This document shows positions 61,501 through 64,000 of a DNA stretch of 64,000 bases, in pieces (position 1 is the first letter of the stretch; each line of letters opens with the position of its first letter). This DNA comes from Candidatus Velthaea sp. (GTDB taxonomy: Bacteria > Vulcanimicrobiota > Vulcanimicrobiia > Vulcanimicrobiales > Vulcanimicrobiaceae). The notes under the pieces were generated by a model. It was not told the DNA's origin, did no database searches, and was given only the letters and a program-made list of their open reading frames with translations. The position numbers and the translations under genes were made by a program. The stretch covers positions 96,001 through 160,000 of the forward strand of contig CBDCCS010000022.1 of the NCBI GenBank assembly GCA_965214935.1, given 5' to 3'.

Positions 61501-62259
61501 ATGCCGTCGCTTCTTCGCCGTACTGCAGCGGAATGTATCGGAACGTTTTGGCTCGTGTTCGGAGGCACCGGCAGCGCCGTCTTAGCTGCAATTTTTCTGA
61601 CCGACGCCCGCGTGCCGGTCGGCATCGGCTTCGCGGGCGTTGCGTTGGCATTCGGCCTTACCGTATTGACGATGGCGTACGCGCTGGGGCATATTTCGGG
61701 CGGTCACTTTAATCCGGCAGTAACGATCGGCTTGTGGGCCGGCAAACGCTTTCCGGCCAAAGAGATTGCGCCATACGTCGTCGCGCAAGTGATCGGTGCG
61801 ATCGTTGCGTCGCTCGTCCTTGATGTCATCGCTTCCGGTAAGACCGGCTTTAGCATGCAGCCCAACGGTCTAGCGGCAAACGGTTACGGCGATCATTCAC
61901 CGGGCGGTTACGGCTTACTCGCCGCGCTCGTCACCGAAGTGGTTCTCACCGCCGGGTTTCTCATCGTGATTCTCGGTTCGACCGATGCGCGAGCACCAAG
62001 CGGTTTTGCGCCGGTGGCCATCGGTTTGGCGCTGACACTCATCCACCTCGTCAGCATCCCGGTCACCAATACATCGGTCAATCCGGCTCGCTCGACCGGC
62101 CCGGCCTTATTCGTCGGCGGTTGGGCGCTCGAGCAATTGTGGCTGTTTTGGGTCGCGCCGATCGCCGGCGCACTTATCGCCGGTTACGGCTATCGCGCGA
62201 TCGCGGGCGAACCGGCGTTCGAGTTACCGGGCGACGCGATACCAAAAAACGTTTCGTAA
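61501..62259 (+). CDS. aqpZ: Aquaporin Z
   Basis: SGGHFNPAV and [20 protein letters not shown]. Confidence 0.96.
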   Translation: MPSLLRRTAAECIGTFWLVFGGTGSAVLAAIFLTDARVPVGIGFAGVALAFGLTVLTMAYALGHISGGHFNPAVTIGLWAGKRFPAKEIAPYVVAQVIGAIVASLVLDVIASGKTGFSMQPNGLAANGYGDHSPGGYGLLAALVTEVVLTAGFLIVILGSTDARAPSGFAPVAIGLALTLIHLVSIPVTNTSVNPARSTGPALFVGGWALEQLWLFWVAPIAGALIAGYGYRAIAGEPAFELPGDAIPKNVS

Positions 62260-62440
62260 GCGCCGCGCGCGAGATAGCCGTGCGCGCACGCGGCGACGCG
62301 AAACCGCGTCGATGGCACGCGCCGGTAGCGAAGCGCTCAAACTCCGAATCGTTCGCGGCGCAGGTCTTGGTTCGGTCAAACGTGTGCCGGCTTTCCGTTA
62401 CACGACACGGTTGAAGCTGCTGAGATTTCCGTTCGTTTCA

Positions 62441-62787
62441 TGGGACGACCGAGGCTCGAACTCGGATGCCCTCTCGGGCGGCAGATTTTCTTACCACTCC
62501 GGCTTTCGCCGTCATCATCGGTCGATTCGGTCGATGATGTGCGTGGTCTGGACTGTGCCTTGACCGTATGTCGATACACGTAGGTCGCGCCCGTCCAGTC
62601 TCTACACCTTCGCGCCGTCGCATCGCTCGTCGAGCGGTGTGCCGGACGCGCTTGGCTCGGCGTTGTCATGCACACGCGCATTCATGTGCGAAGAGTTCAC
62701 CGACTTTGAGCGCATCCCGATCGTCGTTTCCGGGCGATCGGCTCATTGCTGCAAGTCTGCTGTGTCTGCCAATTCCACCATCATCCC
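62441..62787 (-). tRNA. trnL: tRNA-Leu (UAA), intron-split; exons 62787-62753 and 62489-62441
   Basis: Exon1 GGGATGATGGTGGAATTGGCAGACACAGCAGACTT plus exon2 AAAATCTGCCGCCCGAGAGGGCATCCGAGTTCGAGCCTCGGTCGTCCCA gives an 84-nt class II cloverleaf; CCA not encoded. Confidence 0.92.
62490..62752 (-). ncRNA. Group I self-splicing intron (263 nt) in the tRNA-Leu anticodon
   Basis: Follows U34 and ends in G; core CAAAGTCGGTGAA, CAACGCCGAGCCAAGC, GAAGGTGTAGAGACTGGACGGG, CAGTCCA; GAAA-capped hairpins. Confidence 0.9.
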
Positions 62788-62849
62788 ATGCGCGCAATCT
62801 TGGACTTCGGCGCCGATCGATCTTCTTTCGCAAGCCCGTTGCCGGATGG

Positions 62850-63794
62850 TCAGCCCGTTGCCGCGATCGGCGCTACGCGGTAGGCGCGATACTCCGCCGA
62901 ACGCAGATAGCCCGCGAGCAGATCCGCGTGAGATACGCGCAGGGTGTCCATGCCCAAGCGATCGCAGGCAACGTCGACGACGATTAAACCGGCGGGCAGA
63001 ATGTCGGCGCGCTGCGGCCGGATATGCGCCATCGTTCGCCGAGCGTCCAGATTGCGGGCGAGCAGATCGTCGATGAGGGCGCGGCGGTGCAGCCGGTCGA
63101 GCCGCACGCCGTCGCGCGCCGGATCGTGGGCGAACATTCCGGCCGCCGTAAACACCGTTCCCCCGACGGCGATAAGTTCGTCGAACGCAGCAAAGCCGGC
63201 CAGCGGAGCCAGGATTGCATCGACGTGCAGGCGGGCTTGCGTAACGAGCGCGGTCCGCGTCGGGACATCGAGCGCGCGTTGACCGAGCAGCGCGGGGAAA
63301 CGCTCCGATAGCCGGACGGCGCCGATTTCGAGCGAGATGGTTTGCTCGATTGCGTCGCGCTTGCCGACGGCGAGTTCGGTCGATCCGCCGCCGACATCGA
63401 GGACGCCGAAGCGCTCGCCGCCGGAGCTTGCCGACGTCGCTCCGGCAAAGGAATACGCGGCTTCCCGATCGCCGCTAATGATGCGTGGTGCAACGCCGGC
63501 AATCGCGGCGACCGCGTTGCCGAACGCGACCGCGTCGTCGGCGCGCCGAAGCGCGCTCGTTGCAATGACATCGAGCGTTGCGCCGTGCCCGCGAATCAGT
63601 TCGACGTAGTCGCGAATCGTCGTCAATGTAAAATCGGCAGCCGATGGATCGAGTTTGCCGTCCGGACCGAGGCCGCGCCCTAAGCGCGTGCCGACCGACT
63701 TTGCGACCACGACCGAAGCACGATCGAGAATTAACAAGCGGGTCGAGTTGGTACCGATCGAGATGAGCGCCGTACGCTCGGGCGCGCTACTAAT
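62850..63794 (-). CDS. ppx: Ppx/GppA family phosphatase
   Basis: ISIGTNSTRLLI, ATSALRRA, ISG.REA..SF.G, DVGGGSTE, GAVRLSE, RADILPAG; probable ATT start. Confidence 0.9.
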   Translation of the reverse strand: MSSAPERTALISIGTNSTRLLILDRASVVVAKSVGTRLGRGLGPDGKLDPSAADFTLTTIRDYVELIRGHGATLDVIATSALRRADDAVAFGNAVAAIAGVAPRIISGDREAAYSFAGATSASSGGERFGVLDVGGGSTELAVGKRDAIEQTISLEIGAVRLSERFPALLGQRALDVPTRTALVTQARLHVDAILAPLAGFAAFDELIAVGGTVFTAAGMFAHDPARDGVRLDRLHRRALIDDLLARNLDARRTMAHIRPQRADILPAGLIVVDVACDRLGMDTLRVSHADLLAGYLRSAEYRAYRVAPIAATG

Positions 63795-64000
63795 AACGCT
63801 TGTTGGCGGTCGCCTCGCGCGTCCGTCGGATCATCTCGACTGAATTCTCGTAACCCGACAGCGCGACACCGACATACAATGTGTCGATGATCGTCAATTG
63901 GGCGATTCGACTCGAGCTTGCATCGCTGCGAAACGCGGTTTGCTTCGCGGCGGTGAATAATTTGATATCGGCGACTTTGGTGATCGGCGATGTCGAACGG
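63790..64000 (-). CDS. RpiR/MurR-family regulator, 3' end (SIS domain; partial)
   Basis: Manual translation: SPITKVADIKLFTAAKQTAFRSDASSSRIAQLTIIDTLYVGVA...NKRY*. Confidence 0.85.
   Translation of the reverse strand, partial: RSTSPITKVADIKLFTAAKQTAFRSDASSSRIAQLTIIDTLYVGVALSGYENSVEMIRRTREATANKRY

Noticed and set aside
62312..63076. ORF-track predictions between aqpZ and ppx
   Set aside because: The region is explained by the intron-containing tRNA-Leu and the ppx 3' end.

Overview
This is a gene-dense, GC-rich bacterial chromosome segment. Its gene style suggests a soil Terrabacteria lineage such as Eremiobacterota/Vulcanimicrobiota, which is an unverified inference. From 1 to 15 kb is an accessory region ending at tRNA-Asn: tandem aldo-keto reductases, a DUF4142 protein, an S53 peptidase, a carboxylesterase, an Acg-type nitroreductase, an amidohydrolase pseudogene, a CrtI-like oxidoreductase, an oleate hydratase and redox/stress proteins. 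From 16.6 to 29.3 kb is a putative low-oxygen module. It encodes a B-family (ba3-type) heme-copper oxidase including an unannotated subunit IIa, SCO, an OmpR-type regulator, a stand-alone HisKA peptide, a sensorless histidine kinase, acetate kinase, a USP, an SPFH protein and four paralogs of one uncharacterised family. Three of its upstream regions share TTCAC-N6 tandem repeats. From 29 to 64 kb are mtnBDC, ahcY-metK, a Cyc2-like cytochrome-porin with an extra C-terminal cytochrome c, MarR/DHA2 efflux, a polyol ABC transporter with an SDR, ymdB, an ECF sigma/ZAS anti-sigma/RseB set, etfBA, aqpZ, a tRNA-Leu(UAA) split by a 263-nt group I intron, and ppx. Three genes appear to need non-canonical start codons (CTG, ATT, ATC). 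I saw no CRISPR array, integrase or transposase. All calls rest on visual motif recognition only.
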